Source of the DNA: Marine group II euryarchaeote REDSEA-S42_B7
GTDB lineage: Archaea; Thermoplasmatota; Poseidoniia; Poseidoniales; Thalassarchaeaceae
Direction: 5' to 3'
NCBI GenBank assembly: GCA_001629255.1
Contig: LURZ01000014.1
Span: forward strand, 1 to 62,079
DNA: 62,079 bases
Position 1 is the first letter of the stretch, and each line of letters opens with the position of its first letter. The translations under genes were made by a program, and so were the position numbers. The notes under the pieces are model-generated. The model made no database searches. It had not been told where the DNA came from and saw nothing but the letters and a program-made list of their open reading frames with translations. Shown here one piece after another: positions 54,259 to 62,079 of the stretch.

Positions 54259-55289
54259 TTCGACTGAACACGGCTCAGAGACTGGCCCTAAATCTTGACT
54301 CGCATATCGTTATCGACGCAGGAGCCGGAACCGGTAAGACAAGTACCATCGTTGAAAGAGTCATTGAGCACTATCTGGCCAATGACCAGAGAGCAACCCG
54401 AATCCTCCCAAAGCCAGCTAGGGCACCTAGCATAGGAGGAGGGATGGTAACCGCACCTGCCTCTGAGCGGACCAATCTGCAGGATTGGGATGGTCTACTG
54501 CCAAGCGAGGTAGTACTACTCACATTCACCAACAGGGCAGCCGACGAGATGAAGGACAGACTGCGAAGAACCATCTCGAGAATCAGGCCTGGACCTCTAG
54601 GGGAAGACAGTAAACATCGCTACGATCCAAGGGTCAAGAGCCAAGGTTTCATCGAACAACTCCTAACTCTCCTCGAGGATGCCCCCATCGGCACCATTGA
54701 CTCGTTCCTGTCTCAGCTAGTTTCTCCGTATAGAGGGAAACTTGGGGATGCCCTTAGTAGGGAGAATGTTTCTGACGCTGCGAGGGCAATCCTAGTGGAG
54801 ACGTCCCTAAGAACGATATGGAGGCTCGCAAGCGACAAATCCAGAATCGGGGATGCAGTCGATGCGGGGATTCCCGCGCATATCGCTACCGAGGTACTTT
54901 CCGCGAGAGACAGGGTTGCCCAGCACTACTCCGGACGGACATCTGCTTCACGGGTGCTCCGAGCACTGGTGGGGAAATCGGTGTTCGTTGAAGAGTCATC
55001 TCGTAAAGTAATGGACGAAGAAGGCAACGTGGACAGGGACAAGCTACTCGCGATGATCATGTCATCGATAGAAGGGGCGGACATCAACGAGCAAGCCGAG
55101 AGGGTCCACAAAATCATCCGGGTAGTTTTCGAGACAATCAAGGAATGCATCCAGACTCCCTCTGCATCCGGATGGGCAGCCGAGACTAGGATGGCTTGCC
55201 TGGAAGAGCTCGATAGAACTGGACCACGTACTGACGTGCACCGTAAGCCCAACCACGCTGATGGCAAAGGAAATGAGGCACTTCCCTAG
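54258..55289 (+). CDS. addA: AddA-like SF1 helicase-nuclease, N-terminal fragment (motifs I and Ia); no canonical start codon
   Basis: IRLNTAQRLALNLDSHIVIDAGAGTGKTST (Walker A at 54318-54341) and VLLTFTNRAADEMK. The frame is open from 54240, but the first ATG/GTG/TTG is at 54444, downstream of the P-loop. Candidate starts are CTG 54255, ATT 54258 and CTG 54264, overlapping the addB stop. Confidence 0.7.
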   Translation: MRLNTAQRLALNLDSHIVIDAGAGTGKTSTIVERVIEHYLANDQRATRILPKPARAPSIGGGMVTAPASERTNLQDWDGLLPSEVVLLTFTNRAADEMKDRLRRTISRIRPGPLGEDSKHRYDPRVKSQGFIEQLLTLLEDAPIGTIDSFLSQLVSPYRGKLGDALSRENVSDAARAILVETSLRTIWRLASDKSRIGDAVDAGIPAHIATEVLSARDRVAQHYSGRTSASRVLRALVGKSVFVEESSRKVMDEEGNVDRDKLLAMIMSSIEGADINEQAERVHKIIRVVFETIKECIQTPSASGWAAETRMACLEELDRTGPRTDVHRKPNHADGKGNEALP

Positions 55290-58200
55290 ATTGAAGCTCC
55301 CATCAGATGAGTGGGAAGCAGGGATTAGGAGTTTCGCTGACATCAAAGATGCGAACCTGAAGGCACTTTACAAAACCACATTGAAGGACAAATCAGCAGA
55401 ACTATCTGGTATCTGGTCGGATGAATTGGGCAGTATGGTCCTCCACTTCGTGAGGGTGGCAATCCTACTAGGAGAGTCCGAGCCGCCGCAGGTCCCCGAT
55501 GATTGGTCGAAGCCGATAATCGCCCTGGAAATGAATATCCCCGAGAGACTCGAGGATCCCAATAAGCACCATCATTTCAGCCTAGAGGCCGAGATTCAGA
55601 ATCTCAGAGACCTCCACCTTCTGCACCTGGGATTCCAGGGCGTCATAAAGAATCTGAAGCAACGGGATGAGGCTCACGACTTCGACGACATCCAGAGGCT
55701 AGCAGGAGACCTACTGCTGGCAAACTGCCCCGAGGTATGCAGGACCTTCTACCACCCTAGTGTCCAACAGGCTCTGGACTCCATAGACCAGAACAGCCCA
55801 TGGAGGGACGATCATATACACAGGGCATTAGATGTAATCTCCAATCTGGAAAAAAACCGTAACCTGGCCGGCGAGGCGGCCTCGAGACTGGAAGCTATGC
55901 GAGCCGATATCGAGAGTCGACACCTCCTCCTAGGCCAAATCCGAAGGAGGTTCAGGGCATTCATCATCGATGAGGCCCAAGACAACTCGCCTCTACAATG
56001 GAGGCTCCTTTCGCGTCTCTGGGGCCCTAGGGAGGTAAGGGAAGGGGACGGCCCGAGGGCGGATACCCCCTGGGAACCAACGGTGTGCTATGTCGGAGAC
56101 GTCAAGCAGAGCATCTATGCCTTCAGACAGGCGGAGGTCACGGGATTCCTAGACTATGCAAAGTCCCTGAGGGCAGTGAACGTTCACGAGTTCTCCAGTG
56201 TGCCGGAACTCACCAGAAAACCATCACTAAGGAGGGAGACACACAGCAGGGATCCGAGGAATGACCACCTTTCGTCAATAGCTAGGGCCACTGAGTATTT
56301 GGAGAGGGGCGGCAGGGACTTGGCCCCCTGGATTCCTTTCGACGCAACCGACTGGGACCTTCCCGCCCCATCTTCAGAGGAGGTAAGGGCCCGACAAGAG
56401 GGAATGGTATCTCTGAAGGTGAACTATCGTTCTGCTGGAGGGCTGTTGGAAGTAATGAACGAATGGTGGGAAGACATTTTCTCCGACAGGCATAGGATAC
56501 TCTCGAAGGCAGACTTCTACGCATCCTCTCAGACGCTGCACTCGTTCCCCGATAAGAGGGACGCCTCAGCATCAATCGAGTGGATATGCCCGCCTGACTC
56601 TGATGACTCATCTGACCCCCCAACCGATCTGGGGACGCACTTGGACCCCTTCGGGCCAGGTAGCCCAGACAGGCTAGAGAGGCAGGCGCTGCTGATCGCA
56701 TTGAGGGTAAAAAGCCTGATTGAGGGAACACCGGTCAGGGTAAAGTCCTCATGCGGTAAGTGGAAAGAAGTGGATTCCGGAGAACCAATCCAGCCCAGCG
56801 ACATCACAATACTTCTTCCTAACAGGGTGAACCTCAGAGACGTTATCGTCAGGAACCTGCAAGATGTAGGGGTGCCATCGCAGGTAGATCGAGAGGGAAG
56901 CCTTCTGGAACGTCCTGCGGCATCAGCTCTAGAGGGATTGGTCCAATTGGCTGCGAGACCGAATTCCCGCCATAATGCAGCATGGGTCGCCCGTTCTCCT
57001 CTGATTGGGATGAGCGACGGACAACTTCAGAGGTACCTGTCATCGGCAGAGAAGGGTGCGAACCTTCTCTCAGTCATGTTATCCCACTGTAGTGACGAGA
57101 GGCAGAGGGCATTAGTATCTAGGTGGTGCGCGCTCTCATCTTCCTCCAGGTTGGCGGAACTTCTCGAGGATACAATAGATCGCTCTGACTTGCTAGTGGC
57201 ATATCCAGATGACGTGTCGCGCCAGGATGCCGAGCAATTTGTCGAACTGTTCAGGGAGCTATCGGCGCAGGTCGGCGGTGATCCGATAGTCCTCGCCGAC
57301 CGACTAAGAGAACTTAAAGAAAGGAGTTCCCAGTCTCTCGAGGCATCCACGATTCCGCAAAGCGATTCTGTACAGGTCATGACGATTCACAGCTCCAAGG
57401 GACTAGAGGCGAAGGTGGTTGTCCTGGCAGACCTTTTTTCCTCCAGACAGACAAACATGAGGAATGAACAGAACAGCAGGCTGATAGTCGGACCAGAGAT
57501 ATTTGCAGGTCACCCAAAGCCATGGCCCTCGGGAAAGACGCCTATTTCCGCACTCTGGAATCACGCGACCCTCCTCCACAGAGCCAGGAAGAACGCCGAG
57601 GCAAGGAGGCTCCTATATGTCGCAGCCACCAGGGCAGAGGAGAGGCTAATCATTGCTGGATCCCCCAAGGGCACTGAATGGGTAGAAGACGAGGGGATCT
57701 TACTTCCATGGACGTATGATAAGCAAGCTCCTCAACTAGGACAGATGTGGCTGGAATCCTTGAGGATGGGCTCATGGAGAAGGAATGAGTACAACTCTCC
57801 ATGGTTGAGCCCCACAGATGCCCACTCAGAACCAATGTTAGTCAACGGGGGTGACAGAAAGATATGTCCAGTCTCGATAATGGAAGACGCATACTTGGGC
57901 TGTAGGAACAAGACTGGCATCATAATGCTACACCATCCAGAGTGCTTCCCCGGACTCGGAAGCGATGGAAACGTCTTCACTACCCCAATTCAACAAGTCG
58001 AGATTGTTGACACAGCATCCCGTATCATCAAAGAAAAAGATCCTGAGCCAGTTATTCCAGAACCGATTAGCTACTCGACGATAGTCAGGGCGAATCCCAG
58101 CAAGCTACCATCCTACTTCGATTGCCCAAGGTGCCATTGGATGGAGGTGAGAGCCGGATTAGAGTCAAGAAATACCATGACAAACGAAGACTCTCAGAAT

Positions 58201-59139
58201 TGGCAAGAACACTCGCTGTCTGTTGATCCAGCAATATTCGGAAACGTTTTCCATAGGATAATCGAGATTGGAATCGGAAACCCAGGACCCGAACAGAACG
58301 GACCAAGCACCCCTCTGCCCAAGTCCTGGACCACTCGCACAGAGGACAGGATAAACAACAGAGAGATACATCAGACCGCCTTCAGAGAACTACTTCCTCC
58401 AGGAGCCGACCTACAGAAGGTTTCAGAGGTCACTTCAACCATGTCGCACAGAATTTCCGACGGAAAACTGGGTGCTATGGTCAGGGGCATGGAGGTTGAT
58501 GGTAGGAAGGTAGAGGGCTTGAGGACTGAGATGCCATTCCACATATCCATCCCCACCGAATTCGAATCTGTGACAAGAGGGAAGTGGACACCAGACGGAG
58601 AGGAAGTACTAATTTCACTCAACTCCACCAGAGTCGAATTAAGCGGGATCATAGACTTGGTTCTGTGCACTAAGAGTGATGACGGAGCTCCAGCGATTCG
58701 AGCCATTGACCTGAAAACTACGGATGCAAGCTCCCTAATTGGAGACTGGGAAAGTGGCCTTCTGGACTCTCTAGGTGAGGACTCAACAGGACCCGCTTGT
58801 CAGGCCGAGGAATCCCTGCTACACAAGCACAGGCTGCAGATGGCTCTCTACCACCTTGCATTGGAAGAGTCGGAGTCGGACAAGGAGCGTGAAGGACTAC
58901 CTAGGCGGGAGGTCCTCCCTCCAGCGATACTAGTAGGGGTTTCTGGAAGGCTAGTGGAGTATCCCTTAGAGACTCTAAATAAGGCCAAGAAAGACCTGGA
59001 GAAGACGCTTGCTCTGACGGCCAGGATGTCGTTAGCCTCAGAGTTCCCCCTGTCCGACGTAGAGAAGGACTACGAGAATCGGATTTCGAAGTGCAGGACC
59101 TGCTCGATTCCAGAGGAAATCGAGTCGAAGAGTCCATGA
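55261..59139 (+). CDS. addA: AddA-like SF1 helicase-nuclease, main fragment (motifs II-VI + C-terminal RecB-family nuclease), +1 frame relative to the N-terminal fragment
   Basis: RAFIIDEAQDNSPLQW (II), CYVGDVKQSIYAFRQAEV (III), LKVNYRSAGGLL (IV), VMTIHSSKGLEAKVVVLADL and RRLLYVAATRAEERLIIAG (V/VI). Nuclease: FDCPRCHW, LSGIIDLVLCT, IRAIDLKTTD, HRLQMALYHLAL, CRTC. This frame is already open from 55126. Confidence 0.85.
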   Translation: MAKEMRHFPRLKLPSDEWEAGIRSFADIKDANLKALYKTTLKDKSAELSGIWSDELGSMVLHFVRVAILLGESEPPQVPDDWSKPIIALEMNIPERLEDPNKHHHFSLEAEIQNLRDLHLLHLGFQGVIKNLKQRDEAHDFDDIQRLAGDLLLANCPEVCRTFYHPSVQQALDSIDQNSPWRDDHIHRALDVISNLEKNRNLAGEAASRLEAMRADIESRHLLLGQIRRRFRAFIIDEAQDNSPLQWRLLSRLWGPREVREGDGPRADTPWEPTVCYVGDVKQSIYAFRQAEVTGFLDYAKSLRAVNVHEFSSVPELTRKPSLRRETHSRDPRNDHLSSIARATEYLERGGRDLAPWIPFDATDWDLPAPSSEEVRARQEGMVSLKVNYRSAGGLLEVMNEWWEDIFSDRHRILSKADFYASSQTLHSFPDKRDASASIEWICPPDSDDSSDPPTDLGTHLDPFGPGSPDRLERQALLIALRVKSLIEGTPVRVKSSCGKWKEVDSGEPIQPSDITILLPNRVNLRDVIVRNLQDVGVPSQVDREGSLLERPAASALEGLVQLAARPNSRHNAAWVARSPLIGMSDGQLQRYLSSAEKGANLLSVMLSHCSDERQRALVSRWCALSSSSRLAELLEDTIDRSDLLVAYPDDVSRQDAEQFVELFRELSAQVGGDPIVLADRLRELKERSSQSLEASTIPQSDSVQVMTIHSSKGLEAKVVVLADLFSSRQTNMRNEQNSRLIVGPEIFAGHPKPWPSGKTPISALWNHATLLHRARKNAEARRLLYVAATRAEERLIIAGSPKGTEWVEDEGILLPWTYDKQAPQLGQMWLESLRMGSWRRNEYNSPWLSPTDAHSEPMLVNGGDRKICPVSIMEDAYLGCRNKTGIIMLHHPECFPGLGSDGNVFTTPIQQVEIVDTASRIIKEKDPEPVIPEPISYSTIVRANPSKLPSYFDCPRCHWMEVRAGLESRNTMTNEDSQNWQEHSLSVDPAIFGNVFHRIIEIGIGNPGPEQNGPSTPLPKSWTTRTEDRINNREIHQTAFRELLPPGADLQKVSEVTSTMSHRISDGKLGAMVRGMEVDGRKVEGLRTEMPFHISIPTEFESVTRGKWTPDGEEVLISLNSTRVELSGIIDLVLCTKSDDGAPAIRAIDLKTTDASSLIGDWESGLLDSLGEDSTGPACQAEESLLHKHRLQMALYHLALEESESDKEREGLPRREVLPPAILVGVSGRLVEYPLETLNKAKKDLEKTLALTARMSLASEFPLSDVEKDYENRISKCRTCSIPEEIESKSP

Positions 59140-59161
59140 GTGAACGCCAAGGGTTGGGGTC

Positions 59162-60580
59162 ATGACGCTTAACCTAGGACGACTGATGGATAGGAGCGAA
59201 GAGATATGGGAGTCCTCCATTTTGCCCAGTCTGTCCGATTTCATCGGAATAAAGGCCCTATCTCCCCTATTCGAGCCCAACTGGGCCGAGATGGGCGAAC
59301 TTGATGCCACTATCGAACTATTTTGCGAGTGGTTGGACGATCAGGGAATAGCAGGAATGTCGTACGAGAAGCATAGGATAGGCGAACTATCGCCCGTACT
59401 AATCGTCACAATAGAGGGAACCGGCCCGGGCGAGGTAATATTCTACTCCCATCTGGACAAGCAGCCGTCAAAGCCTGAATTGTGGTCAGAGGGTCTACAT
59501 CCGCTGAAAGCAGTGAGGAGGGATCCATGGCTCTATGGCAGGGGCTCCGTCGATGATGGATATGGGGGATACCTTTGCGCCACATCTGTAAGACTCCTGC
59601 AAGAGGCGGGTGCCCCCCATCCCCGTTGCACCATGGTTATCGAGACATGCGAGGAATCCGGTTCATTCGATCTCCCAACGTACCTGGAGGCACTTACCGA
59701 GAAGCTTGGAAATCCTGACATGGTGGTCGTTTTGGACAGCGGTGGTCCCGATTATGACCATATTTGGATGACGGAGGCCCTTCGTGGGCTCGTCTCCGGG
59801 ACTCTCTCTGTGAAGGTATCTCACGAGGGAATTCACTCAGGGAACTCCGGGGGCTCGATCCCTTCTTCTTTCAGGATCCAGCGAATTCTACTGGACAGGG
59901 TGGAGGACTCATCCTCCGGAAAGGTCAGAATCCCAGAGATGCACGTGGAAATCCCCGGAGAAGTCAGAGAGAACGCAATCTCCCTCAAGGATATAGTAGG
60001 CGACAGCATATGGGAACAGTTCCCAACGGTGGATACCCTCAGACAGGCCTCCGAAACCACGGAGGACATGATAGTGGCAATGAACTGGGAGCCTACCCTG
60101 TCCATCATCGGAGCAGATGGAATTCCTTCGGTGCAGGACGCGGGAAACGTCCTCCGAACGAACACAGACCTGAAACTGAGCTTCAGAATACCCCCGGGGG
60201 TCGATTCGGAGTATGCTTTAGCTCGTGCAAAGGAAATCCTGGAGGAGGACCCCCCATACGGGGCAGAGGTCACATTCACTCCTGACTCATGTTCCGACGG
60301 TTTCCATGCACCGCCACTAGACGGACCGATCTCAGAAGCCATCAACGAGGCATCGATGGAGTTGACAGGGCTGCCCCCACTGGCAACATGGACAGGGGGA
60401 ACCATCCCCTTCATGTCGATGATGCAGGGCAAATACCCAGAAGCTATGTTTCTGTGCACCGGTACTTCGGGACCAGGTAACAACGCCCATGGACCCGACG
60501 AGAAACTGCACATCCCTTCATCAAAGAGGCTGACAGTCGCTCTTTCTGCGACAATAACAGCAATTTCCGAAAACCTCTGA
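59162..60580 (+). CDS. M20-family metallodipeptidase
   Basis: FYSHLDKQP, YGRGSVDDGYG, ETCEESGS and a C-terminal HGPDEKLHI are M20 metal-binding blocks. Confidence 0.85.
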   Translation: MTLNLGRLMDRSEEIWESSILPSLSDFIGIKALSPLFEPNWAEMGELDATIELFCEWLDDQGIAGMSYEKHRIGELSPVLIVTIEGTGPGEVIFYSHLDKQPSKPELWSEGLHPLKAVRRDPWLYGRGSVDDGYGGYLCATSVRLLQEAGAPHPRCTMVIETCEESGSFDLPTYLEALTEKLGNPDMVVVLDSGGPDYDHIWMTEALRGLVSGTLSVKVSHEGIHSGNSGGSIPSSFRIQRILLDRVEDSSSGKVRIPEMHVEIPGEVRENAISLKDIVGDSIWEQFPTVDTLRQASETTEDMIVAMNWEPTLSIIGADGIPSVQDAGNVLRTNTDLKLSFRIPPGVDSEYALARAKEILEEDPPYGAEVTFTPDSCSDGFHAPPLDGPISEAINEASMELTGLPPLATWTGGTIPFMSMMQGKYPEAMFLCTGTSGPGNNAHGPDEKLHIPSSKRLTVALSATITAISENL

Positions 60581-60646
60581 TTTGCCCGGACTCACCAATC
60601 CTGTTGCCGCCGAGGTTATATCGGGGGCACCTTCGGACTATGGAGG

Positions 60647-61282
60647 ATGATGGACCAAGACGACTCTGCAGGAGCCGATCCCCAACAGACAATCCGAGAC
60701 CTCGAACAGCAGGCCGAGAAGGACAAGGAGGCATTGGACAAACTCCTCGTTGCTTACCAGGCCCAGGAGGCTGACATCGGAGAGATGAAGGCTCAAGTTG
60801 AGGCGCTGAACCGTGAACTTATCGTCAAAGAGACCGAGAAGGAGGGAATCAACAATCTCCTCAGCAACCTCCGCAGGCAGAAGGACGAGATGGAAGTGGA
60901 ACTCGCGAAGGCCAACACAAAGATCCCATTCTTAGAGAGTAAACTCGACAAGACCGAGGAGATGCTGGAGAGGGAGAAGGCAAGACTCGGGCAGGTACTC
61001 ACCGTCGCAGAGGAGATCGATGAGTCCAACCAAGCCGCCCAATCGGAGCTAGCAGCCAGGGACGACTGGTACGTGCAGCACATGCAACTGTTCGAGGACC
61101 TTAGTGATGCGATTCAGACTCGTCACGATATGATTGACAGGGCCATTTCGACCGCCAAGGATATCCAGTCTAAGCAGGAGTCATTCCAGGAGCAGAAGCA
61201 GGCAGTGATAGAGGAAATCAAGGAGATGTCCACCGAAGAAGAGCCGACAGAGGAAGAAGGCCCTGAAACAGAAAACGAGTAG
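60647..61282 (+). CDS. coiled-coil protein with acidic tail
   Basis: 211 codons of heptad-like E/K/Q/L-rich sequence ending in EEEPTEEEGPETENE. No enzymatic motif. Confidence 0.6.
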   Translation: MMDQDDSAGADPQQTIRDLEQQAEKDKEALDKLLVAYQAQEADIGEMKAQVEALNRELIVKETEKEGINNLLSNLRRQKDEMEVELAKANTKIPFLESKLDKTEEMLEREKARLGQVLTVAEEIDESNQAAQSELAARDDWYVQHMQLFEDLSDAIQTRHDMIDRAISTAKDIQSKQESFQEQKQAVIEEIKEMSTEEEPTEEEGPETENE

Positions 61283-61286
61283 CGAT

Positions 61287-61994
61287 TCATTCCTCTTTCT
61301 TCTTGATAAATCTTGCAGGAATCCCTCCCCAGACTTCTCCTGCTGGAATTTCGGTCCACTTTGGAACGACAGCCCTGGAAGCCACAACAGCGCCATTCCC
61401 TATCGTACACCCAGGCTGCACAATACTACCTCCGCCAATTAGGGCGCCATCCCCGATCCTCACTGGTGCGAGCACTATCTCCCCGCTCTCAACTAGGTGA
61501 GCGTTTATCGCAGCATTCCCACCTACGACTACATTGTCTCCGATAGTAACCATGGATGCGTCATTAATCATCATCGAATTTAGTTGGGCGCCTCTCCCAA
61601 TCTTAGCACCCATCATCCTGTAATACAAATTTGCAAGGAAGGAGGGTACTACGAGGCCTAGGAAAGTCTGAGCGACCCTGTGAGACACCAATGAGAATGC
61701 CCATTGAATTGTAATGAAAGACCTCAAAGAATACCTCCCCTCTTCTTTCCTAATCCTGAAAAGACCTCCCATCAATCCGCATACAATTAGTAGCACGACT
61801 CCCCAAATGATGTAACCCAGGCCCAAACCGACACAGATTCCAACTGCCTCAACCAGTCCTCCTTTCCCTTCTGTCATCGAAGTCAACTCGATGAATAGTA
61901 GATACGAGGGAACCATAGCCAAACCGATGATAACCCCAAAGAGCGCCATCACGAGAACTGAGAGTACATTCTGAACCAGTTCGAAATTCTTCAT
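61287..61994 (-). CDS. membrane-anchored left-handed beta-helix (hexapeptide-repeat) acyltransferase
   Basis: There are three N-terminal TM segments. Then come the hexapeptide repeats VTIGDNVVVGGNAAINAHLVESGEIVLAPVRIGDGALIGGGSIVQPGCTIGNGAVVAS. ATG 61994 is preceded by GGAGG at 7-nt spacing (alternatives ATG 62024, TTG 62069). Confidence 0.8.
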   Translation of the reverse strand: MKNFELVQNVLSVLVMALFGVIIGLAMVPSYLLFIELTSMTEGKGGLVEAVGICVGLGLGYIIWGVVLLIVCGLMGGLFRIRKEEGRYSLRSFITIQWAFSLVSHRVAQTFLGLVVPSFLANLYYRMMGAKIGRGAQLNSMMINDASMVTIGDNVVVGGNAAINAHLVESGEIVLAPVRIGDGALIGGGSIVQPGCTIGNGAVVASRAVVPKWTEIPAGEVWGGIPARFIKKKEE

Positions 61995-62079
61995 CCTAAT
62001 CCTCCTCGAAATACAATCCAGCATCAGTATCTGCCTGTCTAGCAACCCTCTTTCCTTCCTCAACGTCAATTAACGGGAA

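Noticed and set aside
59833-60513. 226-aa minus-strand ORF inside the M20 peptidase gene
   Set aside because: It is antisense to a gene with all M20 metal-binding blocks. No motif is present.

Overview
This is a gene-dense (>90% coding) 62-kb chromosomal segment of mid-range GC. It has no rRNA, CRISPR array, transposase or integrase. The information-processing genes are clearly archaeal: an rpl18e-rpl13-rps9-rpoN cluster followed by tRNA-Pro(GGG), MCM, GatE, Pth2, Trm1, two PAC2/Pba-type proteasome chaperones, and tandem tRNA-Arg(GCG)/(CCG) with G34. They are interleaved with bacterial-type genes: NAD-dependent ligase LigA, RlmH, NfuA, a DnaQ-like exonuclease, a YbgC-like thioesterase and a complete AddB/AddA helicase-nuclease pair. 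Together with giant acidic Ca-binding surface proteins, four lipobox lipoproteins and an amino-acid ABC importer, this suggests a planktonic heterotrophic Thermoplasmatota-like (Marine Group II/III style) archaeon; that taxonomic call is inference only. The most noteworthy observations are these. (1) The AddAB-like pair at 50.6-59.1 kb: the P-loop-coding 5' end of AddA has no canonical start codon, and its ATPase core is split by a frame change. (2) A surface protein with a 7-blade RCC1 propeller plus about 16 ephrin-receptor-like Cys repeats, broken by a frameshift inside the repeat array. (3) A Liv-type ABC importer with a three-domain binding protein (apparently circularly permuted type-II domain plus duplicated LivK-like domains) and a 1,249-aa fused LivH-LivM permease carrying a roughly 330-aa insert. 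(4) Two paralogous coiled-coil proteins sharing a COG3743-like H3TH/HhH C-terminal module. (5) An ORB-like (Orc1/Cdc6 box-like) element in the longest non-coding gap, just upstream of mcm. (6) A 2,636-aa TSP3-repeat giant protein with a DUF4129-like cytoplasmic tail. All calls rest on motif-level reading of the supplied translations and DNA; no database search, HMM or folding program was run.
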